35,896 nucleotides of DNA from a virus (Duplodnaviria > Caudoviricetes): positions 1-35,896 of the IMG/VR virus record IMGVR_UViG_3300046832_001492; one strand, written 5' to 3'. The position numbers were made by a program, and so were the translations under genes. Below are positions 24,188 to 32,739 of the stretch, piece after piece. The first letter of the stretch is position 1, and every line of letters begins with the position of its first letter. The notes beneath the pieces were generated by a model. That model ran no database searches. It saw only the letters and a program-made list of their open reading frames with translations, and was not told where the DNA came from.

Positions 24188-25093
24188 ATGGCCACTACCA
24201 TCAGCTCCGAACTCAAACTGAATGTCGTCCTCGACAGCGCCCTCATCGCGCTCCGCGAGGCACTTCTCCCAATCAACTCCTTCTCGACCGTGTTCAACTC
24301 GGTTCCGCTGCAAGGCACCGACAAAATCAGCGTTCCGTTTTTCCCTCTCGCCACTGACGCGACGAGCGACTTCGACGGCACTTACGCCTTCGGCGACACG
24401 AACGCGATCAACAGCCGCGAGATCACGGTCAACAAGCGCAAGTATCAAGCGCTGTCCTTCACCTCGAGCGAACTCGCCCGCCAGCCCTACTTCAACCCCG
24501 AGCAACTCGGATTCTTGAAAGGCCGCAAACTCGCCGAGGACATCCTCCGCGACATCCTCTCGATCGTCACCCTCGCCAACTACGGCGCGGCGATCCACAC
24601 CGGCGCGGCGTCCGCGTTCGACAGCGAGGACATGGTCAACATCAAAACCGCTCTCGACCAGGCCAAATGGTCCAAGTCCAGCCGCGTGATGATCCTCGAT
24701 AACTCCTACGAAGGCGCGCTCCTCAAGGACGCCGGCATCAAAAACGCCGCCGCAGTCGGCAGCGCATCGGCCATCCAAAACGGCCGACTGCCACAGATCG
24801 CTGGCTTCGATGTTATCGGAACCAACTTGATCCCCGGCAACAGCCAAAACCTCGTCGGCATGGTCGCACTCCCCGAGTCGATCTTGGTCGCCTTCTCGCC
24901 CATCCAGCCATCCCCTGGCGTGTTGAACCACCTCACCAGCTACGAGACCGCCGTCGATCCAGAGACCGGCCTCACCATCGAATACCGCGCATGGGCTGAC
25001 CCCGACACCGACACCGAAAAACAAGTCCTCGAGGTCAACTACGGCTACGCCCTCGGCCACGCCGCCGCCCTCAAGCGCATCGTCTCGGCTTAA
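24188..25093 (+). CDS. Major capsid protein (HK97-fold expected)
   Basis: 301 aa after the protease; GTDKISVP, GRLPQIAGFDV, EVNYG; strongly biased codons. Confidence 0.85.
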   Translation: MATTISSELKLNVVLDSALIALREALLPINSFSTVFNSVPLQGTDKISVPFFPLATDATSDFDGTYAFGDTNAINSREITVNKRKYQALSFTSSELARQPYFNPEQLGFLKGRKLAEDILRDILSIVTLANYGAAIHTGAASAFDSEDMVNIKTALDQAKWSKSSRVMILDNSYEGALLKDAGIKNAAAVGSASAIQNGRLPQIAGFDVIGTNLIPGNSQNLVGMVALPESILVAFSPIQPSPGVLNHLTSYETAVDPETGLTIEYRAWADPDTDTEKQVLEVNYGYALGHAAALKRIVSA

Positions 25094-25098
25094 TCCTG

Positions 25099-25341
25099 AT
25101 GCGCCTAGCAATCACGCTCACTCGCACCGGCAACACTTGGAAGGTCGAAAGCCTTCCGAGTGTCCCGCTCGGCGAGCAGCTCGCAGCCTTCAAGGCCAAG
25201 CAAGTGGCCGGCGAGTTGACCGCAGACGAGACGCTCGTCGTCTCCCTCGGCGACACGCTCAAGCGCCACATCTGCAAAACAAAGCCAGCTCCCGCCGTTG
25301 AGGTGGAAGCCGAAGAAGAGTCACCCAAGAAAAAGAAGTAA
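25099..25341 (+). CDS. Small head-associated protein
   Basis: Follows the MCP and precedes a terminator. Confidence 0.65.
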   Translation: MRLAITLTRTGNTWKVESLPSVPLGEQLAAFKAKQVAGELTADETLVVSLGDTLKRHICKTKPAPAVEVEAEEESPKKKK

Positions 25342-25377
25342 TTCCCGCAAAGCGCCCGCACCGCGCTCCTCGCCCGC

Positions 25378-25420
25378 AAAAGCCCTCGCCGTTCTCACTC
25401 ACGGCGGGGGCTTTTCTTTT
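25378..25420 (+). terminator. Rho-independent terminator
   Basis: AAAAGCCCTCGCCGT-N8-ACGGCGGGGGCTTTT-CTTTT. Confidence 0.85.
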
Positions 25421-25442
25421 GACACGCCGCAAGGTTCGTGTC
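25418..25442 (+). promoter_or_regulatory. TTTGACAC-N12-GTG late motif fused to the terminator U-tract
   Basis: GACACG/CGTGTC inverted repeat includes the start codon. Confidence 0.7.
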
Positions 25443-25758
25443 GCCCGCATCCCGCAACGCCCTCGCTCTCCGCTCCGCGCAACTGCGCCAAACCGCGCAC
25501 GGCACCACGGTAAAATTTCGCCAGGCTGAGATCCGCGTCTGCCTCGCCCCCGTTTCTATCGGCCTCGACCTCGAGACCGGCGGACTCCGGCAAGGCGGTG
25601 AGTTTTCGATCCGCTTTCTCGCCGCCGACCTGCAAAGCCCACCCCGCCGAGGCGAAGCCGTTTCGTTCAGCGCCAAGACCTATTTCATCAGTCAGGTCTC
25701 CGAAACCAACAGCCCCGGCGAATACCTCGCCACGATGTCCCCAGGAGGTGCCGCGTGA
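25438..25758 (+). CDS. Head-tail joining (closure) protein
   Basis: Size and position; PRRGEAVSFSAKTYFISQV beta pattern (gpFII-like). Confidence 0.6.
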   Translation: MSPASRNALALRSAQLRQTAHGTTVKFRQAEIRVCLAPVSIGLDLETGGLRQGGEFSIRFLAADLQSPPRRGEAVSFSAKTYFISQVSETNSPGEYLATMSPGGAA

Positions 25759-26162
25759 ATATCGGCGTCGAAACCTCCCTCGCCGCGTGGCTCCGCAGCC
25801 AGCCAGCCTTTGACGGCATCCCGGTCCACACCGGCCAGAGCGCCGAGACGATCCCGCAGGACCAGAGCGTTCTCCTCGCCGGGTGCGAATCCACCGAAGC
25901 CGTCGCCCGTGGATTCTACAAGGCGACCGCGAGCATCGTGCTCGTCACGCCCTCCGTCATCGAAGGCTCGCTCGAAGCCCACGCCGCGCTCGCCGATTCC
26001 CTCCGCGCCTCCCTGCTTTCCGCCACCGATTTCGCCGACGCCTTCGCGCCCGCGCTCACCCTCGCCGGCGCCGACCTCCGCAGCGTGGACGACACGCAGA
26101 GCGACGGCCGGTGGGTCACCACCGCCGCCCTGACGCTCGCCTTCACCGCGTCCGGCATTTGA
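25755..26162 (+). CDS. Tail terminator-like protein
   Basis: 135 aa, directly before the tail tube gene. Confidence 0.55.
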   Translation: MNIGVETSLAAWLRSQPAFDGIPVHTGQSAETIPQDQSVLLAGCESTEAVARGFYKATASIVLVTPSVIEGSLEAHAALADSLRASLLSATDFADAFAPALTLAGADLRSVDDTQSDGRWVTTAALTLAFTASGI

Positions 26163-26211
26163 CACGCGCCTCCCTTCCGAAACCCGCAACCACCAACCCA
26201 ACTCCACCACC
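26158..26211 (+). promoter_or_regulatory. TTTGACAC-N12-CGAA plus A/C-rich leader of the tail tube gene
   Basis: Its TGA is the upstream stop codon. Confidence 0.7.
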
Positions 26212-26583
26212 ATGGCCGCCACACTCTACCGCTCCACACCAGTCAGCTCCGCCGAATACGGCACACCCGAAGTCTCGGGCATGATCTGCACCAGCTTCTC
26301 CGTCAACGAAACCGCCGCGCTCTCCGAATTTAAGGACGACCAAGGCGGCGTTGTCGCCGTCGCAGTAGCCGAACCCATTCTTGAGCTTTCCGTCGAAGGA
26401 ATGCGCACCGGCACATTCAGCGCCACTGTCGGCGGTCTTCTCACCGTGACGATGCCCGAATCCGTTGATCTCGGCGCGACCACAATCGTCACCGGCCTGA
26501 CCAGCAACTTCGCTGCCGAGCAGTTCGAAACCGTCAGCCTCACAGCCCGCAGCTACCAGACCTCGATGACGGTCGGATCTTAA
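26212..26583 (+). CDS. Major tail (tube) protein
   Basis: 123 aa, beta-rich, own leader and downstream hairpin, upstream of the chaperones and tape measure. Confidence 0.65.
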   Translation: MAATLYRSTPVSSAEYGTPEVSGMICTSFSVNETAALSEFKDDQGGVVAVAVAEPILELSVEGMRTGTFSATVGGLLTVTMPESVDLGATTIVTGLTSNFAAEQFETVSLTARSYQTSMTVGS

Positions 26584-26602
26584 ACCCACGCCCGCACCCA
26601 GC

Positions 26603-26632
26603 GCCCGGCGCGTGTGAATCACCGCGCCGGGC
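26603..26632 (+). other. GC-rich stem-loop after the tail tube gene
   Basis: GCCCGGCGCG-N10-CGCGCCGGGC, perfect 10 bp, no U-tract. Confidence 0.7.
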
Positions 26633-26645
26633 CTCCCTACGACAA

Positions 26646-27050
26646 ATGACGACAAAACCACTGGCAGTATTCAGCACCCGCGACCTCAAGCTCGCAACGA
26701 TCCTCCTCACGCTCGGCTTCGAGCCCGAAAACCCTGCCGCTCCCGCCACGCGCATTCGCCGCGATTCCGGCGACGAAACGACCGTTTTTCATTTTCTCGC
26801 CAACCATCCCACCTCCGGCCAGCAAGCCAACCAGGTCATGGAGTGGTTCCGCGATGCCGACATTTTCTTGGAGAAAAACCCCGAGCACCCCGTGGCCTAC
26901 CTCATCGCCGCCCTCCGCAACCGCGACACCCTCGTCAGCGTCGTCAAAGCCACCCCGCGCCAACTCGTTTTCGAGCGCAACGGAAAAATCGTCTCGATCT
27001 CCGAGAACGCCACCGAGGCCGACAAGAAGCGATTCGCCAAATTTCTATGA
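26646..27050 (+). CDS. Hypothetical protein (tail module)
   Basis: 134 aa, typical codon usage. Confidence 0.75.
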   Translation: MTTKPLAVFSTRDLKLATILLTLGFEPENPAAPATRIRRDSGDETTVFHFLANHPTSGQQANQVMEWFRDADIFLEKNPEHPVAYLIAALRNRDTLVSVVKATPRQLVFERNGKIVSISENATEADKKRFAKFL

Positions 27051-27460
27051 AAAAACAAAACGACAAATCCACCACCAACGAAACCCTCGAAACCGACGAC
27101 GAAGTCCTCCGCGAGCAAGCCATGACCGGCGGCCCGCAGAAACTCTCGCGCTGGGAACTCCGCCCGACCGCCGCGCTCGAGATCTCCTGGATGCAGCGCT
27201 GCAAAATCCTTGCCACCGACATGGACATCATGTGGCGCGCCTCCGGCTTCGGCTTCATCCATGGCGCGCCGAAATCCTCCGTGCGCGCCGTCGTGAACGA
27301 CTTCCCCCGATTCGCCGCTGCCGTCGATGACTGGATGGAAAAGCAATCTCCGAGCGCCCAAGAGATCGCCGACCTGCAAAGCCTGTGCCTCGAGCGCACC
27401 AACGAATATTTCGCCAGCTACTCCAGTCAGCCAGGCGCCAAGGATTCGGCGGGAAACTAA
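27047..27460 (+). CDS. Tail assembly chaperone (gpG-like)
   Basis: Ends GCG GGA AAC TAA, a slippery site. Confidence 0.7.
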   Translation: MKKQNDKSTTNETLETDDEVLREQAMTGGPQKLSRWELRPTAALEISWMQRCKILATDMDIMWRASGFGFIHGAPKSSVRAVVNDFPRFAAAVDDWMEKQSPSAQEIADLQSLCLERTNEYFASYSSQPGAKDSAGN

Positions 27461-27684
27461 ACAGCCCCGGTTGGCTCGCGAGCTATGTTTACCGCATCGC
27501 CAAGACCACCGGCTGGGGCTTCCGCGAAATCCTCGAAGACCTGCCGTTTGCGGCCGGCCTTCAAATCCTCCACGCCGACGACTTCGCGCACGGGCGCAAA
27601 CGAGTCTGGGGCCGCAACAACCGAGCGACCGATTTTGACTCCCTCGCAGCCATAGAAGCCGCATTTCAAAACCTCGATGCCTAA
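27451..27684 (+). CDS. -1 frameshift extension (gpT-like)
   Basis: G GGA AAC heptamer at 27451-27457; the -1 frame stays open to 27684 with no good own start. Confidence 0.75.
   Translation, partial: GKLNSPGWLASYVYRIAKTTGWGFREILEDLPFAAGLQILHADDFAHGRKRVWGRNNRATDFDSLAAIEAAFQNLDA
27634..27641 (+). promoter_or_regulatory. TTTGACTC late motif variant
   Basis: Followed by N12-AGAA; 35 nt before ATG 27677. Confidence 0.45.
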
Positions 27685-28354
27685 AGCCTCCGCCAGTCTC
27701 AATGTCGTCGCCAGCGACTTCACCCGCGCCATGCGGGAGATGTCGAAGATCACCGGCGCGTCGTTTCAAGACATCATCCGCGCCGAGACCCAATCGATCC
27801 TCGAGGCGGCGGTGAAGAAAACCAAAGCCGCGCAGGTCAAACTCATCGAGCGCAGTGTTAAAGAAACACGGGTCCGAACCGTAAACGGGAAAACCTACCT
27901 AACAAACACTAGCAGCAGTTGGCGAAGCCCTTCTTGGTGGACACCACAGGCGCCGAAAGGCTGGAAACTCCCAGGCGCGGTGTGGGCGGCGATTCAAAAG
28001 CAAATCAAAGACGAGATCGCAATAACCAAGGGTGCTCGCGGACTCGCAAAGAAAAGCTGGATGCAGGTCGCCCAGAAATTAGGCATTACGATTTCAGTTC
28101 CTTCCTATGTCGAAAAGGCAAAGACGGAAAAAGGCGACTACCCAGAAGACGCCACAGGCACCGAAAAGACAGACGGCTCCTCATTCTTTATCGAAATCAC
28201 CAACTCCCGCACCTACTCGGGCAGCGTGCGTGATGCCATCCGCGCAGCCATGCGCGGTCGCACGAATTTCTTTAAGAAAAACCTCCGCCTCGGAGTCTTC
28301 AAAAAAACCAGCGACATCGCCGCTAAATACCCCGGCCTCAAGGCCACCGCATAA
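27677..28354 (+). CDS. Putative neck/tail completion protein (HK97 gp10-like)
   Basis: Basic 225-aa protein with GLAKKSW motif; position in the tail module. Confidence 0.5.
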   Translation: MPKASASLNVVASDFTRAMREMSKITGASFQDIIRAETQSILEAAVKKTKAAQVKLIERSVKETRVRTVNGKTYLTNTSSSWRSPSWWTPQAPKGWKLPGAVWAAIQKQIKDEIAITKGARGLAKKSWMQVAQKLGITISVPSYVEKAKTEKGDYPEDATGTEKTDGSSFFIEITNSRTYSGSVRDAIRAAMRGRTNFFKKNLRLGVFKKTSDIAAKYPGLKATA

Positions 28355-28356
28355 CC

Positions 28357-30948
28357 ATGGCCGAAGGATCCGCAATCACAGTCAAAATCGGAGCCGAGAC
28401 AGACGGCATCGAGCAAGGCCTCAAAGGAATTCAGAACTCCCTCAAAAACCTAGAGTCGAACACCAAGGCCTCGGCGGAAGGCTTCGGCAACTCTTTTACC
28501 GGAATGGCCGGTGCCGTCGCCGTTGGCCAACTCGCCGTCAAAGCATTCTCTGCCGCTGTCGATGTTGCTTTTTCAGCCGCCCGTAATGTCGTTCAAGGAT
28601 TTGGTGACGCCCTCGACCTCGGCGGCCGCCTCTCCGACCTCTCTGCCAGCACCGGCGAGACCGCAGGCAAGCTCCTCGTGCTCGAGCGAGCGTTCGACAA
28701 TTCCGGCATCGGCGCGGAGAAAGTCGGCAGCTCGATTGCCAAAATGCAGAAAAACATCGAGGACGCCCGCGACGGCTCCGGCACCGCCGCCAATGCCTTC
28801 GCCGCCATGGGCGTTTCCGTGGACGAACTCGAAGGCAAGCTCCCCACCGAGCAGTTCAAAATCCTTTCCTCTGGCATTAACTCGATTGACGACCCCACCA
28901 AGCGCGCAGCAGCCGCCATGGGAGTCTTTGGCAAATCCGGTGCCGAACTCCTCCCGCTCCTCACCAATCTCGACGGCGAGCTCGGCGAAGCCCGCGACAC
29001 CGTCGGCTCCATGGCCGAAATCATGGACCGCCGCAACGCGACCTTCGACGCCGTCGGCGACCGATTCAAAACCATCGGCGAGAAAGTCCGCGACTTCGCC
29101 GCCGGCATTCTTGACAAAGCCCTCCCCGCGATCGACGCCATCACCTCGGCCCTCTCCCGCATCGACGCCGCCAAGATCGGCCAAAACCTCGCCGACGCCT
29201 TCCTCGGCGGCGAGAAAGCCATGTCGGGATTTCAGAGCGCCGTGGATGCTTTCCAGACGGGCCAAATCTCCGCCGCGCTCCAGATCTTCTGGGACAGCAC
29301 GAAGCTGCAAGCTGCACAGACTGCAAATGAAATTTACAAGCGTCTGATCGCGGCGTTTCAATCCGCCGGCCAATTTCTTGGGGACATCTTCTCCCCTTCC
29401 GGCGCGCTCATTGGCACGGCGATTTCGGCCTTTGAACTTCTCGGAACAAAGATCACGCAGAGCATTGCCAATAATCTCGCCAAGGCTTTTGCCGGGAATA
29501 TCCTTACCCAAGGGCTGTCTGACTCTCTCTTTAATGTTGCCAATGATTCGTATGAGGCGGGAATCAAGATTGAGCAAAATCTAAAAGATGCCTCCGGGCG
29601 CATCGCCACTCAATTCACCGAAGCAGGCGCAGCCCTTCCCAAATCCTTCGAAGAAAACTACGCCAAAGTCCCGCCGCTTTTTAATGACCTCGAAGGACTC
29701 CAGGCGAAAATCGCGGCTCAAGAAAAAGACATCGCCGCCAATGTCGCTGCAGGCAACGCTGAACGCGAAAAGACATCGGCACAAGCCGAAGCCGAACTCG
29801 CCAAGCGCCAAGAACTCCGCGCCGCCGCCGAAGCCGCTGCCGCCACCGAGCAATCCAACGCCGTCGCCCTAGTCGAACTCGAGACCGCCATCAACGCCGC
29901 CAAAGCCGAAGGCAACGAGCAACTCGTCAAGACCCTTGAAAGCGAAAAGCAACAACTCGAAGGCCAGCAGGAAATCGCCAAGCTCACCGAGGAATACAAG
30001 ACCAAGCTCGGCGTGAATGCCGACGAAGCCGCCCGCCTCGCCAACAATTTCGTCAACGCCAAAAACGCCGCCGCTGGCATCGGCGACCGCAGCGCCATCG
30101 TCACCATCACGACCACGGTGGACGACACGCGGTGGAAAGATCTCCTCGCCGAACTCTCCGCGAACTCCAACCCGAAAGCCATCGCCGTCGCCCTCGAAGT
30201 CACTGGCAAGGATAATGTCCAAGACGCCTTCGCCACGCTCCAAAACATGGAGCAGATCAACAAAAACCATCAGGTCGCCATGGATGTCCTGGGAGCCAAG
30301 AGCCTCGAAGAAGTAAAGATGAACCTCGATGCCGTAGCCACGCCCGCCCAAGCGCAACTGGCCATGCAGATCACCGGCGAAGACGACCTGAAAAGCGCCA
30401 TCGGCAACCTAGATTCTTTCAAAGGCACCAAGACCGCAAAAGCCCTCCTCGAAAAACAGGGCTTCGAGAATATCGATCAACTCAAAGACGCGCTAAAAGG
30501 CATCATCGGCGAGAAGCGCACCAAGATGATCGTCGAATCGCTTGGCGTGAAAGACGCAGAAGCCGCCAAAGAAGCCCTCGCCGCCATCCTCAACGCGAAC
30601 GGCAAAAAAGCCACCATCACCGCCGACGCCGACATCACGCCAGCCGAGAAAAAGATCGCCGACCTCTCCACCAAAACCGCCACCGTCCCCCTCGACGGCG
30701 ACACAAACCCGCTAAAAGAAACCCTCTCGGCCTTCTCCGCCGGAGCCATCAAGCTCACCCTCGACGCCGCCGACTCCATCTCCGCCATCCGCACCGCCCT
30801 CGCCGAGCCGATCAAGATGACCCTCAACGGCTCCGGCGGCGGTGGCAGTGAGGGCGGCACCTCCGGCCTCACCGGCCTCGTCACTGAAATTAAAAACCTC
30901 ATGAGCGAACTCAACCGCAAACTCCCCACCCCGGCCCTCGCCGTTTAA
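28357..30948 (+). CDS. Tape measure protein
   Basis: 863 aa, Ala-rich and helical; ITVKIGAET N-terminus; FGKSGAELLPLL. Confidence 0.9.
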   Translation: MAEGSAITVKIGAETDGIEQGLKGIQNSLKNLESNTKASAEGFGNSFTGMAGAVAVGQLAVKAFSAAVDVAFSAARNVVQGFGDALDLGGRLSDLSASTGETAGKLLVLERAFDNSGIGAEKVGSSIAKMQKNIEDARDGSGTAANAFAAMGVSVDELEGKLPTEQFKILSSGINSIDDPTKRAAAAMGVFGKSGAELLPLLTNLDGELGEARDTVGSMAEIMDRRNATFDAVGDRFKTIGEKVRDFAAGILDKALPAIDAITSALSRIDAAKIGQNLADAFLGGEKAMSGFQSAVDAFQTGQISAALQIFWDSTKLQAAQTANEIYKRLIAAFQSAGQFLGDIFSPSGALIGTAISAFELLGTKITQSIANNLAKAFAGNILTQGLSDSLFNVANDSYEAGIKIEQNLKDASGRIATQFTEAGAALPKSFEENYAKVPPLFNDLEGLQAKIAAQEKDIAANVAAGNAEREKTSAQAEAELAKRQELRAAAEAAAATEQSNAVALVELETAINAAKAEGNEQLVKTLESEKQQLEGQQEIAKLTEEYKTKLGVNADEAARLANNFVNAKNAAAGIGDRSAIVTITTTVDDTRWKDLLAELSANSNPKAIAVALEVTGKDNVQDAFATLQNMEQINKNHQVAMDVLGAKSLEEVKMNLDAVATPAQAQLAMQITGEDDLKSAIGNLDSFKGTKTAKALLEKQGFENIDQLKDALKGIIGEKRTKMIVESLGVKDAEAAKEALAAILNANGKKATITADADITPAEKKIADLSTKTATVPLDGDTNPLKETLSAFSAGAIKLTLDAADSISAIRTALAEPIKMTLNGSGGGGSEGGTSGLTGLVTEIKNLMSELNRKLPTPALAV

Positions 30949-30951
30949 GCC

Positions 30952-31596
30952 ATGACGATCCACTCCAGCGGAAGCGGCCTGTTTTTACAAAGCGTCACCG
31001 AGAACAAATTCAAAAGCGGCCTTTTAAATGCAACGGCTGAGTGGGTTCGCCCCATGGGCTCTGCCACCATTCCCGAAAAGATTCCGACCTCAATCGGGGA
31101 TATTAATATTTTTCCAGACCCCACAATTTCAAAAGACACCTCCGGCTTCGAGCGCATCACGGCCACCGGTTACGGGTTGTGGAGTTCTAACGCGCAGGAA
31201 ACAAAATTAAACCTAAACCCTGATAGGGTGAGGACCATATTTACGCACTCGAACTCAAACTCAACTGTTACTGTATTCGGCGATAGAGTCGGACTTATCT
31301 TTGAAGCTGCCGCTTGCAAAATTACTAGAAATGTAGGAGATACGAATGTGCCTGTAATGCCTGTAATGAATATTTACAACTACAATGGCACTCCAGTTAC
31401 CCAAATTAACCTAGCTGATGTAGTGGGGTCTATTGGATATAACCCTGGTGGCGACTTCTCTTGGCCTTCAAGCGCTCCAATAGTTAAAAGACACAACATA
31501 AGTAATATATCTTTAAATTCTTATGGCAGCGTAGAGGAAGTGGAGTTCATTTTTGAAATAGTCGCAGAGGCTACTTTTGTCGCAATTCCTAAGTGA
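30952..31596 (+). CDS. Putative tail tip/baseplate protein
   Basis: Immediately after the TMP; AT-rich 3' two-thirds. Confidence 0.55.
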   Translation: MTIHSSGSGLFLQSVTENKFKSGLLNATAEWVRPMGSATIPEKIPTSIGDINIFPDPTISKDTSGFERITATGYGLWSSNAQETKLNLNPDRVRTIFTHSNSNSTVTVFGDRVGLIFEAAACKITRNVGDTNVPVMPVMNIYNYNGTPVTQINLADVVGSIGYNPGGDFSWPSSAPIVKRHNISNISLNSYGSVEEVEFIFEIVAEATFVAIPK

Positions 31597-31868
31597 TGCT
31601 AAATATCCCGGTAAATTTTGAGGCTCTTGCCAAGACTGCAAAAAACCCAGCATCTGGCGGCTATCCTTATTCTTTAAAAGGGTCAGATTTAGACAAAAAC
31701 TTATTTTATGCGGCGCTTGATGTGGACCCCTCTCTTGTCGAAAAAACAAGTGGCCCTGGTGGGCATGTAGGTCGAAGACTCCGCATCCCCGCCGTGCCGG
31801 GAAGCGGCACCCATGTCCTCGGCGCGGTGAATGGCACGCTGACATGGATCGCCACGGAGGAATGCTAG
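31593..31868 (+). CDS. Hypothetical tail protein
   Basis: 91 aa; ends LTWIATEEC. Confidence 0.65.
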   Translation: MMLNIPVNFEALAKTAKNPASGGYPYSLKGSDLDKNLFYAALDVDPSLVEKTSGPGGHVGRRLRIPAVPGSGTHVLGAVNGTLTWIATEEC

Positions 31869-31871
31869 CAC

Positions 31872-31965
31872 AAGTCTTAAGTGTTAAGTTTGTAAGTTTT
31901 AAGACTGACCACCGAGACAATCACGCAAACCGCCACTTAAAACTTAATTCTTAAAACTTAAAACT
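31872..31965. repeat. Inverted pair of 7-mer tandem arrays (AAGTTTT)n / (ACTTAAA)n
   Basis: 31872-31903 and 31935-31965 are approximate reverse complements. Confidence 0.85.
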
Positions 31966-31972
31966 CTCTGCC

Positions 31973-32407
31973 ATGACCCTCGGCCGCACATCCTCCGAAG
32001 CCATCAAAATCAAAACCGACGGCGGCCTCCGCGCCGTCGAGTGCGCGTGTTGTGGGGGGGGAAGATGCCAATGCTCCACCATGTCTGCCGCCGTGAAAAA
32101 CGCCATCGCTTCGGCCACGCAAGTCACCGTCAACTCTCTCTCCATTCCGTGGAATGGATCCACAGCGTCATCTGGACAGCAACCATTCGGAATATTGACT
32201 TGGGAGATTAGCTTCAGCGGCGGCACCCTGTGCTTTTTTGGCGACAACGGAAATAACACCGTCGCCCTCTTGCCAGAACCGCTCACACCGCAGGAATGCG
32301 CACCAACCCCGTTTGCGTCAACAGACATCATCACGATCCAAGGCGAGTCTTACCGCTCGGTGAATTATTTTAGCGACCCTCTGCCAGTCACAATTTCATT
32401 CAGCTAG
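31973..32407 (+). CDS. Cys-rich hypothetical tail protein
   Basis: VECACCGGGRCQC. Confidence 0.65.
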   Translation: MTLGRTSSEAIKIKTDGGLRAVECACCGGGRCQCSTMSAAVKNAIASATQVTVNSLSIPWNGSTASSGQQPFGILTWEISFSGGTLCFFGDNGNNTVALLPEPLTPQECAPTPFASTDIITIQGESYRSVNYFSDPLPVTISFS

Positions 32408-32688
32408 TGTTTCCCTCAGCCGCAACTCTCGCCCACCATGCCGAGCTTTTAGCGCGCTTCGGTCTATCTGCTGCAAATTTTACCAGCAGCGGCTTCGCCA
32501 CCACCCCACCCGAAGCACTCGCCACCCGCGAAGCCATTTGCCGCGCCTGCCCCGAATGGGACGCAAACGCACTCAACGCCACCGGCCGCTGCCGCAAGTG
32601 CGGTTGTAGCACCTGGGCAAAGCTCCGCATGGCGACCGAGCGATGTCCGCTCGGCAAGTGGGAAGCCGTCTCCGAACCGCTCCAGTAA
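32407..32688 (+). CDS. Small Cys-rich (metal-binding) protein
   Basis: CRACPEW...CRKCGC...CPLGKW. Confidence 0.7.
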   Translation: MFPSAATLAHHAELLARFGLSAANFTSSGFATTPPEALATREAICRACPEWDANALNATGRCRKCGCSTWAKLRMATERCPLGKWEAVSEPLQ

Positions 32689-32708
32689 AGACTCGGAAGC
32701 GTTCCCGA

Positions 32709-32739
32709 TTTGACAGTCCGCCGCTCATCGAGCGGCATG
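32709..32739 (+). promoter_or_regulatory. TTTGACAG-N12-CGAG late motif with a hairpin abutting the ATG
   Basis: GCCGCTC-atc-GAGCGGC (32720-32736), then ATG 32737. Confidence 0.6.
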
